Origin: Acidimicrobiia bacterium
GTDB taxonomy: Bacteria > Actinomycetota > Acidimicrobiia > Spongiisociales > UBA5794
Assembly (NCBI GenBank): GCA_030066755.1
Contig: JASJAX010000043.1
Location: forward strand, 1-59,402
Length of the DNA: 59,402 nucleotides
Reading direction: 5' to 3'
The number at the start of each line of letters is the position of its first letter. The first letter of the stretch is position 1. Positions 48,458-57,035 of the stretch are shown in pieces. The notes beneath the pieces were generated by a model. That model saw only the letters and a program-made list of their open reading frames with translations, had not been told where the DNA came from and searched no databases. The position numbers and the translations under genes were made by a program.

Positions 48458-49333
48458 TCAGCGTCGAGGCGGGCGCGGGATCAACACCGGGGTGTTCGCG
48501 GTGTAGTCCTGGAAGGCTGGCTCGTCCCCCCAGCGTTCCTGGGCGCGCCGCTCCAGCATCGGCAGTCCGCTCACCCGAGTGAGCAGCACCGTGACGAACA
48601 CGGGGGAGATCAGCGTGACCCATCGCCAGCCGGACAGCACCGGCAGCGCCATGATCGCAATACCCGTCCACAGGACGATCTCGCCGAAGTAGTTGGGGTG
48701 GCGAGACCACGCCCACAGGCCGGTCGTGATGAAGCGCCCGGCGTTCGCGGAGTCCGTCTTGAACTCGGACTTCTGCCGGTCGGCCACGACCTCGATCGCA
48801 AATCCCGCAACCCACACCAGGATGCCGAGCACGCCGACGACGCCGAGCGACTGTCGCTCGGTGCCGGTGATGATCGCCAGTGCGGCGGCCATGGTCAGCA
48901 GCACCCACAACCCCTGCAGCGACCATGCCATGAAGAAGCGCAACGCGTCCGTCTTGATCTGATCGAAGCGGCCGTCCTTGCCGTCCTTGCGGATGCGTCG
49001 GAACAGGAACGAGCCGAGGCGAAGCGCCCACACCACCACCATTGCGCCGACGATGATCGCCCGTGCATCGAGGTCGGAACTCAGTAAGAGCGCGACCACC
49101 GTGACCGTGATGTACGTGGTGCTGCCGGTGAGGTCGTAGTACATCTCCGTCTTGGCGGCGTTCGACGGAATGAACACGATCCAGTTGATCAGGTAGGCGA
49201 GTGCACCGCAGATCGCAAAGACGGCGATCGAGCCTGCCTGCGTGCTCCCGTCGCTGCCTGCGAGGATGACGAGAGCTCCAATTGCGATGCTGGCTGTGAT
49301 GCCGATGATGGACCGGCGCTTCTGATCACTCAT
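48458..49333 (-). CDS. DUF1295 / steroid 5-alpha-reductase-like membrane protein
   Basis: YYDLTGS, WALRLGSFLF, DGRFD, GLWAWSRHPNYFGE. Confidence 0.9.
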   Translation of the reverse strand: MSDQKRRSIIGITASIAIGALVILAGSDGSTQAGSIAVFAICGALAYLINWIVFIPSNAAKTEMYYDLTGSTTYITVTVVALLLSSDLDARAIIVGAMVVVWALRLGSFLFRRIRKDGKDGRFDQIKTDALRFFMAWSLQGLWVLLTMAAALAIITGTERQSLGVVGVLGILVWVAGFAIEVVADRQKSEFKTDSANAGRFITTGLWAWSRHPNYFGEIVLWTGIAIMALPVLSGWRWVTLISPVFVTVLLTRVSGLPMLERRAQERWGDEPAFQDYTANTPVLIPRPPRR

Positions 49334-49377
49334 GGACTCGACGCTAGGTGAATCCATGCTGATCGCGCAACGGTGAG

Positions 49378-50067
49378 TCAGGAGACGGTGCTCTCGACAC
49401 GATCGCGAATGGTCCGCAGCATCTTTTGTTCCATGACGAACGTGCCCGGTTCGGACAGCATCGTGAGGACGAACGTTGCCGGTGTCATATCGAACTTCGG
49501 CCGCCAGCGGCTGATCAGGCGGGTCGCTCCCGTACCGGTCGGGTAGAGGCCGAGGCACCAGCTGGTCGATCCGTCCTCGAGCACGCTGACGATGGCGTGG
49601 GGCTCGTCGACTGCCTCCACCACGAACCCCATCGCCGGCATCATCAGGATCTTGTCACCGGGAGCCAGGGTTTGGTGTTCAGGCAGGATTCGGTCGGCGC
49701 TGGCCTTGAAGTCGTTGTCGATCCAGTCGTAGCTGTACCAACCGGCTTTGCCATAGCCGAGCTGCACGAGCCACGGCCACACTCGGTCCGGGTCGGCGTC
49801 GATCGTGATCGCCCTCGTGGCCTGTCCTGCACCGGGGATCAGACCGTCACCCGGCATCGCCCGGGTCGCCTCCTCGTCGGTGGCACCCCATTGCATGTGC
49901 CATGGCTTGAGTACCAGGACGTATGCCGTTACGACCGCGAGGGCAATGCTGAGTCCGACCGCAATGCCGCCGAGCCAATCGAGCCAGACGATCAACGCGA
50001 TCAGTACACCGAGACAACCGGCGGCGATCAAGACGACGATCAGCATGATCATCAATTGGGTGCGCAT
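49378..50067 (-). CDS. SRPBCC-family protein with N-terminal TMs
   Basis: WGATDEE, TRAITIDA, VWPWLVQLGYGKAGWYSYDW, MEQKMLRTIRDR. Confidence 0.85.
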   Translation of the reverse strand: MRTQLMIMLIVVLIAAGCLGVLIALIVWLDWLGGIAVGLSIALAVVTAYVLVLKPWHMQWGATDEEATRAMPGDGLIPGAGQATRAITIDADPDRVWPWLVQLGYGKAGWYSYDWIDNDFKASADRILPEHQTLAPGDKILMMPAMGFVVEAVDEPHAIVSVLEDGSTSWCLGLYPTGTGATRLISRWRPKFDMTPATFVLTMLSEPGTFVMEQKMLRTIRDRVESTVS

Positions 50068-50090
50068 GCGCGGTCCTCTCCCGGCGTCCG

Positions 50091-50534
50091 CTAGCCGAGC
50101 AGCCGGACGAAGCAGTACGCACCGGCTACGACGCCAAACGCCGGCCACATCCCCCAGATCACCACCCAGTAGTTGAAGGTGTTCTCGCGGAATCCCATGT
50201 CGCGGTCCCAGATGAGGATCGGGATCGAGGTGTACCAGAACGGAACCGACGCGATCAGGGCGAGCAGGAACCCCCATCGTTCACCGAGCAGCATGCCGAT
50301 ACTCCCGGCAATCTGAAGCGGCGCCCAGAAGATCGGGTCGGCCCAGGCGTACCCCTGGTTGAACGCGAAGTACGCCGTTGGGTCGGTCCCTTCGGGGCTC
50401 CCGCCGTAGACGTTCTCGATCGTCCACTCGCTGCGGGGGCGAACGAGGGCCACGAATTGGAGACCGCCAAGAAGCAGGATCAGACCCAATCCTCCGAGGG
50501 CAACCAACCATGTGAGCAGCGTGACTTCCATCAT
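50091..50534 (-). CDS. Membrane protein
   Basis: Four TMs; translationally coupled to the upstream gene. Confidence 0.7.
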   Translation of the reverse strand: MMEVTLLTWLVALGGLGLILLLGGLQFVALVRPRSEWTIENVYGGSPEGTDPTAYFAFNQGYAWADPIFWAPLQIAGSIGMLLGERWGFLLALIASVPFWYTSIPILIWDRDMGFRENTFNYWVVIWGMWPAFGVVAGAYCFVRLLG

Positions 50535-50959
50535 CACAACGCAATCACAGCGGCGAACACCGTGATGAGGCCCGCGATGCCCCAGATCGACAGCATCGCA
50601 TAGGCGGTCGTCACGCCGCTCGGGGTACCGATCCTGAGCCCGCGACGTTCCATGGCTCGGCGGGTCAGCACGCCACGGCCGGCGAAGTACACATAGACGG
50701 CCCCGCCGATCAGCCCGAAGTACGGCCAAGCCGTGCTGTCGGCGATGAGCAGGACGCCGGCGACGAGGAGGACCCAGAGGGTGAGCGCGTCCCACAAGGC
50801 TTCACCCCGGACGTCGGCATAGAACGCAGGTTCAACGGTGTTCTCGGCCTCAGTCAGCGCCAGTCGTTCGGCGGTGTTCGGGGCAAACCAGGCGATCGTC
50901 TGGCCACCCCAGCACAGCAAGGACAAGGCGATCAGTACCAGCCCCCACGCGAGAGCCAT
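50534..50959 (-). CDS. Membrane protein
   Basis: AAGGAGG RBS; four TMs; layout resembles the downstream gene (GEALWD versus GYAWAD). Confidence 0.7.
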   Translation of the reverse strand: MALAWGLVLIALSLLCWGGQTIAWFAPNTAERLALTEAENTVEPAFYADVRGEALWDALTLWVLLVAGVLLIADSTAWPYFGLIGGAVYVYFAGRGVLTRRAMERRGLRIGTPSGVTTAYAMLSIWGIAGLITVFAAVIAL

Positions 50960-50960
50960 G

Positions 50961-51644
50961 TCAACCTCCTTGGTGTTCGATGGAGATATCGAGTGTTGGG
51001 TACGACGATCTGGCGGATTCCAACTCGTCATCGGTACTGGTCGGTTGAGCGTCGGCGACGAGGAGTCGGTGCAATCGCAGCGCGTTGTCGACGATGCGTG
51101 CTGCGATGTCCTCGCCGGGGACGAGCCGGTCGTTGATGAGGTTCAGCGTCTCGCCGTCGACGTACGCCAGGACGACGTCGGCGATTGCAGCAGCCTGGTC
51201 CGGCCGGATTGCGGATTCCGCACCGGACAGAATCACTCGGCCGAGCCACGTCTTCATGCGGCCGACGGTCTCGAGGATGTCGTCTGGAACGTCGTCGGTT
51301 GGCATTGGGTCGGACGCAATGAACCGGTAGAGACCGGGGTTCGTCTGCGGGAATGTGGCGAGGTTGGTGATCGCTACACGGAGATACTCGGGCGGCGTGA
51401 GGGACTCGTCGAGGCCCTCGGTGAGCCAGTCGGCGTAGCGGGCGAGGGCTCGGTGAAACGCCTCCCAGAGCAGCGCTGGATAGTCCGGGAAGTAGTTGTA
51501 GAGGTTGGTGTGGGCGCATCCGATGCGGCGGGCGATCTCACGGAGGTTGACGTCGATGGAACCGCCGGTTTCGGCAATGAGGTCGAGCGCAGTCTCCACA
51601 AACTGATCGGCGGTGGTCCCGGACCTGAGCGCCTTGCTCATCAT
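50961..51644 (-). CDS. TetR-family regulator
   Basis: HTH LREIARRIGCAHTNLYNYF. Confidence 0.9.
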   Translation of the reverse strand: MMSKALRSGTTADQFVETALDLIAETGGSIDVNLREIARRIGCAHTNLYNYFPDYPALLWEAFHRALARYADWLTEGLDESLTPPEYLRVAITNLATFPQTNPGLYRFIASDPMPTDDVPDDILETVGRMKTWLGRVILSGAESAIRPDQAAAIADVVLAYVDGETLNLINDRLVPGEDIAARIVDNALRLHRLLVADAQPTSTDDELESARSSYPTLDISIEHQGG

Positions 51645-51647
51645 TCG

Positions 51648-51677
51648 AGATTACCAGCGGTAATTACCAGTGGTCAA
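51648..51677 (-). promoter_or_regulatory. Promoter with tandem palindromic operators for a leaderless TetR
   Basis: TTACCAGCGGTAA followed by TTACCAGTGGTCAA. On the minus strand TTGACC and TAATCT lie just before the start codon. Confidence 0.65.
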
Positions 51678-51815
51678 GGCCCAGGTACGGCGGTGGCGTT
51701 CGCTACGGTCTTGGCTCGAAGCAGTGGATCGAACCTCGGTGGCAACCGGGTTCCCCGAACGCAACTGGGCCCCCGCACCAGCAGGGGCCCAGTTGTCGAG
51801 AGAAGTGATCCAGCG

Positions 51816-53375
51816 TTAGTTGGGCGTCCACGACCGCAGCGCGGCGAGCCCTGCCGGCTCGGACTTCCAGTACCGGTTGTCCGCCTCGTTCGGCTTGTCC
51901 TTGTTGAAGTACCAGAACGCCACCGCACCGTTGTTGTATGCGTCTTGCACGTTGCGGAGGATCCACTGCGTGCGCTGGTTGCCCGTGAGCGCCGTGCCGG
52001 TCTCGGCGATACCCCACGCCCAACCTCGGTTCTTGAGCGACTTCACCACGTCCTTGGTGTAGTCGTCGAACAGATCGACGGTTCCCTGCCCCTTCGTCGA
52101 GGGCCAGTCGTACGGATCGATCATGACGATGCCGTCGCTGCGGGAGATGTCGTCGATCGCATTGAGGTACTCGATGTTGCTCGTGTTGCCGCCGAGGCCC
52201 CAACCCATCAGGGTGAAGACCGGCACGATGTCGACCGACCGGCTCTTGTTGGCCTTGTTCACGGCGGCGACCAGGTTCCTCTGCACCTTGCCCCAATTGG
52301 CCGCTGAGAACGAGTCGTTCTCGGGTTCGTGCCAGAAGGTCAGCCAGAGCTCACCGCCGCCGTCGGGCACGTTCGAGAGCAGCGTCGCAAGGCGAGACCG
52401 ATCGTTGTCGTTCATCGGGACGGCAGACTTGTAGGAGAGGTGGACGACGGTCCCGCGATTCAGCCACGACACGACCTTGTTGGGCAGCGTCGTCCCGAAG
52501 TCGCCGGGCACGTACCAGCGGATGCCGTCCCACGCTCCGCCGGCTTCCTGTTCGGACTTCGCCGGGTCATCAGCGAACACGCCGACCAGCATTCCACCGG
52601 GTCGCGACGCCGGCGGCTGCTTCTTGGGCGCCTGTGTGGTGGTCGTGGTCGTTGTCGTGGTCTTCGGCGGCTTGGTGGTAGTCGTGGTCGCTTTCGGCGC
52701 CTTGGTCGTCGTCGGTGCCTTCTCCTCGGCAAGCGTCGGCGCCGAGCTCTCGATCACGACAAAGGATCCCTTGCCGCTGCTGGCCCACACCACGAGCCGG
52801 TAATCCGTGCCCTTGGCCAGCTTGGCGGAGATCTCCTTCGGATGATCCTTCTTCTTGTTCGCGGCGACCTGCTTACGAGTCTTGGCCTCGTACAGCGCGA
52901 TCTTCAGATTGCCGTCGCCGGCCCAGTCGAGGGTGAACTCGTGCCGACCGGACTTGTCGGGAACGATCTTGGCGGTGCTCCACCGTGGAGCCGGATCACT
53001 CTGGCGCCGGGCGAGCTGACCTTCGAGAACGACCGACGCGCTGGCATCCTTCAGCAGCGTCTTGGGATCGACACCCCAGTCGCTCGTGGTTGCGGCATAC
53101 GAGAATTCGTTCTGCGGCGCAGCCGCTTCGGTCGGTGTCGCGCTCGACGTTTCCTTGGCCGCCTTGGTGTCGGCGGGGGCCGCAGCGAGCGGCTTGTCGT
53201 TGTCGGTCGATTCGCCGGCGAACGCCGGACGGTCGACCGCCTCTACCTTCGCAGGGAACTGATCGACATCAGCGGCGTTTCCGAATGCGTCGACTTGCTC
53301 GAACACAAACGGAAGCGCGATGAGGGCCGCGATGCCTAGCGCTGACATCCGGACCACTAGTCGTGAGAGTTTCAC
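51816..53375 (-). CDS. Secreted GH26-like glycoside hydrolase with a PPC-like domain and Thr/Lys linker
   Basis: Signal peptide; clan GH-A motifs LTFWHEPE, IDPY and WGIAETG. Confidence 0.7.
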   Translation of the reverse strand: MKLSRLVVRMSALGIAALIALPFVFEQVDAFGNAADVDQFPAKVEAVDRPAFAGESTDNDKPLAAAPADTKAAKETSSATPTEAAAPQNEFSYAATTSDWGVDPKTLLKDASASVVLEGQLARRQSDPAPRWSTAKIVPDKSGRHEFTLDWAGDGNLKIALYEAKTRKQVAANKKKDHPKEISAKLAKGTDYRLVVWASSGKGSFVVIESSAPTLAEEKAPTTTKAPKATTTTTKPPKTTTTTTTTTQAPKKQPPASRPGGMLVGVFADDPAKSEQEAGGAWDGIRWYVPGDFGTTLPNKVVSWLNRGTVVHLSYKSAVPMNDNDRSRLATLLSNVPDGGGELWLTFWHEPENDSFSAANWGKVQRNLVAAVNKANKSRSVDIVPVFTLMGWGLGGNTSNIEYLNAIDDISRSDGIVMIDPYDWPSTKGQGTVDLFDDYTKDVVKSLKNRGWAWGIAETGTALTGNQRTQWILRNVQDAYNNGAVAFWYFNKDKPNEADNRYWKSEPAGLAALRSWTPN

Positions 53376-53426
53376 AGTCTGGCCAACCCCTTCATATCTC
53401 GGCCACTTGGTGAACGCCCCAGGCGA

Positions 53427-53454
53427 TTATCGGGTACCTTCTTGGCTGCGTTGA
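53427..53454 (-). promoter_or_regulatory. sigma28 (WhiG/FliA)-type promoter
   Basis: Minus strand TCAA-N16-CCCGATAA, about 50 nt upstream of the GH26-like start. Confidence 0.55.
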
Positions 53455-53578
53455 GCGTTTTTCTCACTACTTGTAGTGGTCTTAACGATTTCTTCTCGGC
53501 CTGACCCCATACGGGTCAGAAGTCGCGAAATCCGATAGGGTTGAGCATGGAAAACCCCGGCAGATAGGCGCGAAAACC

Positions 53579-54343
53579 ATGTCCGAGCCCCGCGATTTTG
53601 GCCTCTATTGGGCCTTTGCGGACGCCGTCACCCACAAGTTCATGGTCGAGGAAGGCGCGGAGACGATGGATCTCCCGGGTGGACGGATCATCACTCATCG
53701 GCGCGACCTCGAACATCCATGGCCTCGCTCCTTTCGGTATCGAACCGAGGTCTTCGTTGGGCCGGAGGATCCCGACGCTGCCCTTGGAGCAGCTCGCAGG
53801 CAATTCGGCGATCGGACTGAACACGTCGTCAACCTGTTTGGCGTCTCCGAGTCGAATCGTGACCAGCTCGCTGATCAGCTCGACTACACCGTGGCGTGGC
53901 GGAACGTGGTGATGGAGCGGTCACTCGGCATCGACGAAGCCGGCGAACGAGCCACCGACGTACGACCGGTCGAGACCGAGCGCGACGTCGTGGCGGTCAA
54001 CCTGATGGGGCCAGACAACCCGGCCGCCCCTGCCGCGATCTCGGATCCGAATCTCGCAGACTTCTGCATCGACGATGGCGGCCGAGCCGTCGCCAAGGGT
54101 CAAGTCGTCGTCGGCCTCGGTCGCATTGCCTATGTGTCCGACATGTACACCGCCGAGTCGCACCGTCGTCGGGGCCTTGGAACCGCCATGATGCGGGAAC
54201 TCGAAGCCGAGGCCGCAGCCAGAGGTGCCGAGCAGATCATCCTCGTACCGTCGCTCGAGACTCGGCGCAACGGTTTCTACGAACGCCTCGGCTATCGCCC
54301 CGCACTGTCGATGGATGTGCTCATTCCGGCGATCGCGGACTGA
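53579..54343 (+). CDS. GNAT-family N-acetyltransferase
   Basis: YVSDMYTAESHRRRGLGTAMM, FYERLGY. Confidence 0.85.
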   Translation: MSEPRDFGLYWAFADAVTHKFMVEEGAETMDLPGGRIITHRRDLEHPWPRSFRYRTEVFVGPEDPDAALGAARRQFGDRTEHVVNLFGVSESNRDQLADQLDYTVAWRNVVMERSLGIDEAGERATDVRPVETERDVVAVNLMGPDNPAAPAAISDPNLADFCIDDGGRAVAKGQVVVGLGRIAYVSDMYTAESHRRRGLGTAMMRELEAEAAARGAEQIILVPSLETRRNGFYERLGYRPALSMDVLIPAIAD

Positions 54344-54359
54344 GCGACGTGTTGCGCAG

Positions 54360-55577
54360 CTAGAGATCAGGGTCGCCATGCTCACCGGCGGGGCCGACCG
54401 TGAGCGCCTCGAACAGCAACGGCGGGCTACCGTCGCCGTTGCCGCACCACAGCAGGATGGACGACTCCGTCGCAAGTGGTTCGCACGTCGTCGAGACCGT
54501 GTGCGACGGAAGGTCCGGCGTCGCAATGTCGATCCAGGTCCTCGAATCGAGATCGAGCCAGGCGGCATTGCGACAGTGCCATACGAAGGTCGACCCGGCG
54601 AACGCGATCGAACGTGGGTAGCACCCAATGGCGTCGAACGGCAACGGCGCCAAGGGTTGCCAGCCCGAGGCCGGCGTCCAGGCGGCCGTTTCGAGGGCAG
54701 TGTCGATGGCGATCAAGGTGTCGCCGGTCCACGTCGCAGTGAGGCCCGCTGTGCTCGTCAGGGGCGGCGATTCGAGCAAGGTCCAGGAGTCACTCGAGGG
54801 TCGATAACTGGCGAAGGTCGGGGGTTCGCCCTGTCTGGCCGTGTGTCCGCCGATGAAGACCACGTCGTCGCCGATGTGGTGCATCGATCCGTGATCTGCT
54901 GCGAACGGCGGCGTTGCGAGGCTCCGGCAGCAGGTGGGCGCCGGCGGTGCGTCGAGACCGTAGAGGGGCCCCGGTTCGTTGGTAGCGCGGGCTTCAGGGA
55001 GCACCAACAGCTGGTCGCCGGTCCAGGACGCAGCGACAGGGACGACGGTGTCGAGCCTGTGGTCGTTGACCGCCGTCCAGCGGTCTGACGATGCCTCGTA
55101 CCACGCCGCGCCCGACGCCGTGACGAACATTGCGGTCCCAGTCCAGGCAGTCGCCCCGGCAGGACCTCCGATTGGCGCAGGTGCAAGAAACGTCCACGAT
55201 GGTGCGTCGCCTGCGTCGGGCCGATACGAACCGCCGCCGCGGTACTCGTGCAGCATTGATCGACCGCCCCACACCAACATCGCCTCACCCGTCCACGCAA
55301 CGGTGTGGCCCATTCGTGAAACGAGCGGACCGGGATCGAGTTCGACCCAGCCGGGGGGTTTGGTCGGGAAGCCGACGACACGCAACGGCGAAACGCGTGA
55401 GGGCGGATCCGTCGTCGTGACGTCCGACGCTGCAAGGGGAGGTGCGGTGATCTCGGTCGTGGGTGTCGGCGACGGGCTCGTGTTGCCGAACACGACGACG
55501 AGGCTGAAGCCGAGTGCAGCGGCAACGAGCACGGCCGGCCAACTCGGCGGTCCCATTCGATAGGGGCGTGGTTCCAC
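54360..55577 (-). CDS. Membrane-anchored Kelch-repeat protein
   Basis: TM, Pro/Thr linker, repeats HTVAWTGEAMLVWGG, AWTGTAM, SWTGDQL, TWTGDTL. Confidence 0.75.
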   Translation of the reverse strand: MEPRPYRMGPPSWPAVLVAAALGFSLVVVFGNTSPSPTPTTEITAPPLAASDVTTTDPPSRVSPLRVVGFPTKPPGWVELDPGPLVSRMGHTVAWTGEAMLVWGGRSMLHEYRGGGSYRPDAGDAPSWTFLAPAPIGGPAGATAWTGTAMFVTASGAAWYEASSDRWTAVNDHRLDTVVPVAASWTGDQLLVLPEARATNEPGPLYGLDAPPAPTCCRSLATPPFAADHGSMHHIGDDVVFIGGHTARQGEPPTFASYRPSSDSWTLLESPPLTSTAGLTATWTGDTLIAIDTALETAAWTPASGWQPLAPLPFDAIGCYPRSIAFAGSTFVWHCRNAAWLDLDSRTWIDIATPDLPSHTVSTTCEPLATESSILLWCGNGDGSPPLLFEALTVGPAGEHGDPDL

Positions 55578-55631
55578 CCTTCCATGATGCGCAACCGGCT
55601 GCCGAGACGCCACAGCCGGAGGCCCGATTGG

Positions 55632-56327
55632 TCAGGCGAAGGGAGCTCGGTCCGCTGCGATCTGCTCGGCCATACGGCCGAGCACCGGCCCGCGGAATCG
55701 ATCAACGGACCCGCGATAGGCACCCAACTCCAACGAGCCGAGCGTCTCGGCTTCCTCGACGGCGACGTCGAGCACCTCGTCGGGGGCCACCACCTGGTCC
55801 AGGAAGCCGACCGAGACCGCATCGCGTGGACCGGTCAGGCGAGCGTTGAACACCGAGCGCTGGTAGGCCGGTCGCGGAAGCCGCTCGGCCGCAATGGTGA
55901 CGGCCCAATCGGGGAGGACCATACCGATGGAGACCTCGTTGAGACCCAGTCGATAGGGACCGTCGGCGCCCACCCGGACATCGCATCCGAGCAGGAGAAG
56001 CGCTCCGGCGGCAACCGCGTGGCCGGTACACGCAGCAACGATGGGTATCGGAGCCCCAAACAGGTGCCGTACGAGGTCCCCGCCATCCGCCACGAGGTTG
56101 ACCACGGCGGCAGCATCACCAGACCGCATCACGCCGAGGTCGAATCCACCGGAGAACACACCCGGTCGGCCTGCGATGACGACGGCAGTCGATCCGTCGG
56201 ACACTGCGGTGTCGATCGTGCCGGTCAAGCCGGTGATCAGGGCGCCGGAGAGCGCGTTGGCCTTGCCGTCGTCGATCGTGACGATCGTGGTGGAGCCGCG
56301 TTGGGTGGTGGTCAGGTGCTCGCTCAT
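55632..56327 (-). CDS. Crotonase/enoyl-CoA hydratase family protein
   Basis: DDGKANALS, FSGGFDL, ACTGHAVAAGA, GLNEVSIG. Confidence 0.92.
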   Translation of the reverse strand: MSEHLTTTQRGSTTIVTIDDGKANALSGALITGLTGTIDTAVSDGSTAVVIAGRPGVFSGGFDLGVMRSGDAAAVVNLVADGGDLVRHLFGAPIPIVAACTGHAVAAGALLLLGCDVRVGADGPYRLGLNEVSIGMVLPDWAVTIAAERLPRPAYQRSVFNARLTGPRDAVSVGFLDQVVAPDEVLDVAVEEAETLGSLELGAYRGSVDRFRGPVLGRMAEQIAADRAPFA

Positions 56328-56360
56328 ATGCCGATCGTAGTGAGGCGCGGGGATGCCGCC

Positions 56361-57032
56361 TCATCCGCGGTCGACCTCCACGATCGCCTGTACGACGGCC
56401 ATCAGATCGGACCCGACGATGTCCGGTGTCTCGCTTGCACCCGAGATGAGCATTCCGGGGCGGGCAACGGAGGCGGCGACTGCGCCGCTTCGGATCGCAC
56501 CGGTCACATCCCAGTCGTGCGCCGCCACGAGGCGCATCCGGCCAATCGGGATACCGAGCCGGTCGGCGCAGCTGAGATAGGTCGCCGGATGCGGCTTGAA
56601 ACGCCGGACCGGATCGACGGACAGGGCGTCCGAGAAGAGATCGTCGATACCTGCGTTGTGGAGCTGGTCGGTCAGGACTCGGGGAGGGGAGTTGGTCAGG
56701 GTTGCGACGCGGAATCCGTGTTCGATGAGCAGCTCGATGCCGGGGCGGACGTCGGGATGTGGTGGCAGATGCCGCATGCCATCCACCACGCTCGATGCGG
56801 TTGTGCGGGTGACACGATGCCCCGCCTTGGCGGCAACCAACTCCAAGGCATCGACGGCGAGTATGTCGAATGGTTGGTACGTGTCGGTGACGGTTGCGAC
56901 CAGCGAGTGTCGGAGCAGCCGACTGAACCAGGCACCGAGGAGCTCGCTCGAGCCGAAGGCTTCCTCGAACCGCGGACCCATCGACCTGAGGTCGAGCAGC
57001 GTCTCGTTGACGTCGAAGACGATGGTGCGCAA
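56361..57032 (-). CDS. Haloacid dehalogenase, type II
   Basis: VFDVNETLLD, LTNS, FKPHP, VAAHDWDVTGA. Confidence 0.92.
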   Translation of the reverse strand: MRTIVFDVNETLLDLRSMGPRFEEAFGSSELLGAWFSRLLRHSLVATVTDTYQPFDILAVDALELVAAKAGHRVTRTTASSVVDGMRHLPPHPDVRPGIELLIEHGFRVATLTNSPPRVLTDQLHNAGIDDLFSDALSVDPVRRFKPHPATYLSCADRLGIPIGRMRLVAAHDWDVTGAIRSGAVAASVARPGMLISGASETPDIVGSDLMAVVQAIVEVDRG

Positions 57033-57035
57033 CGG

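Noticed and set aside
52620-52720. Repetitive GTC/GTG-rich tract as a DNA repeat element
   Set aside because: It encodes the Thr/Lys/Pro linker of the GH26-like protein.
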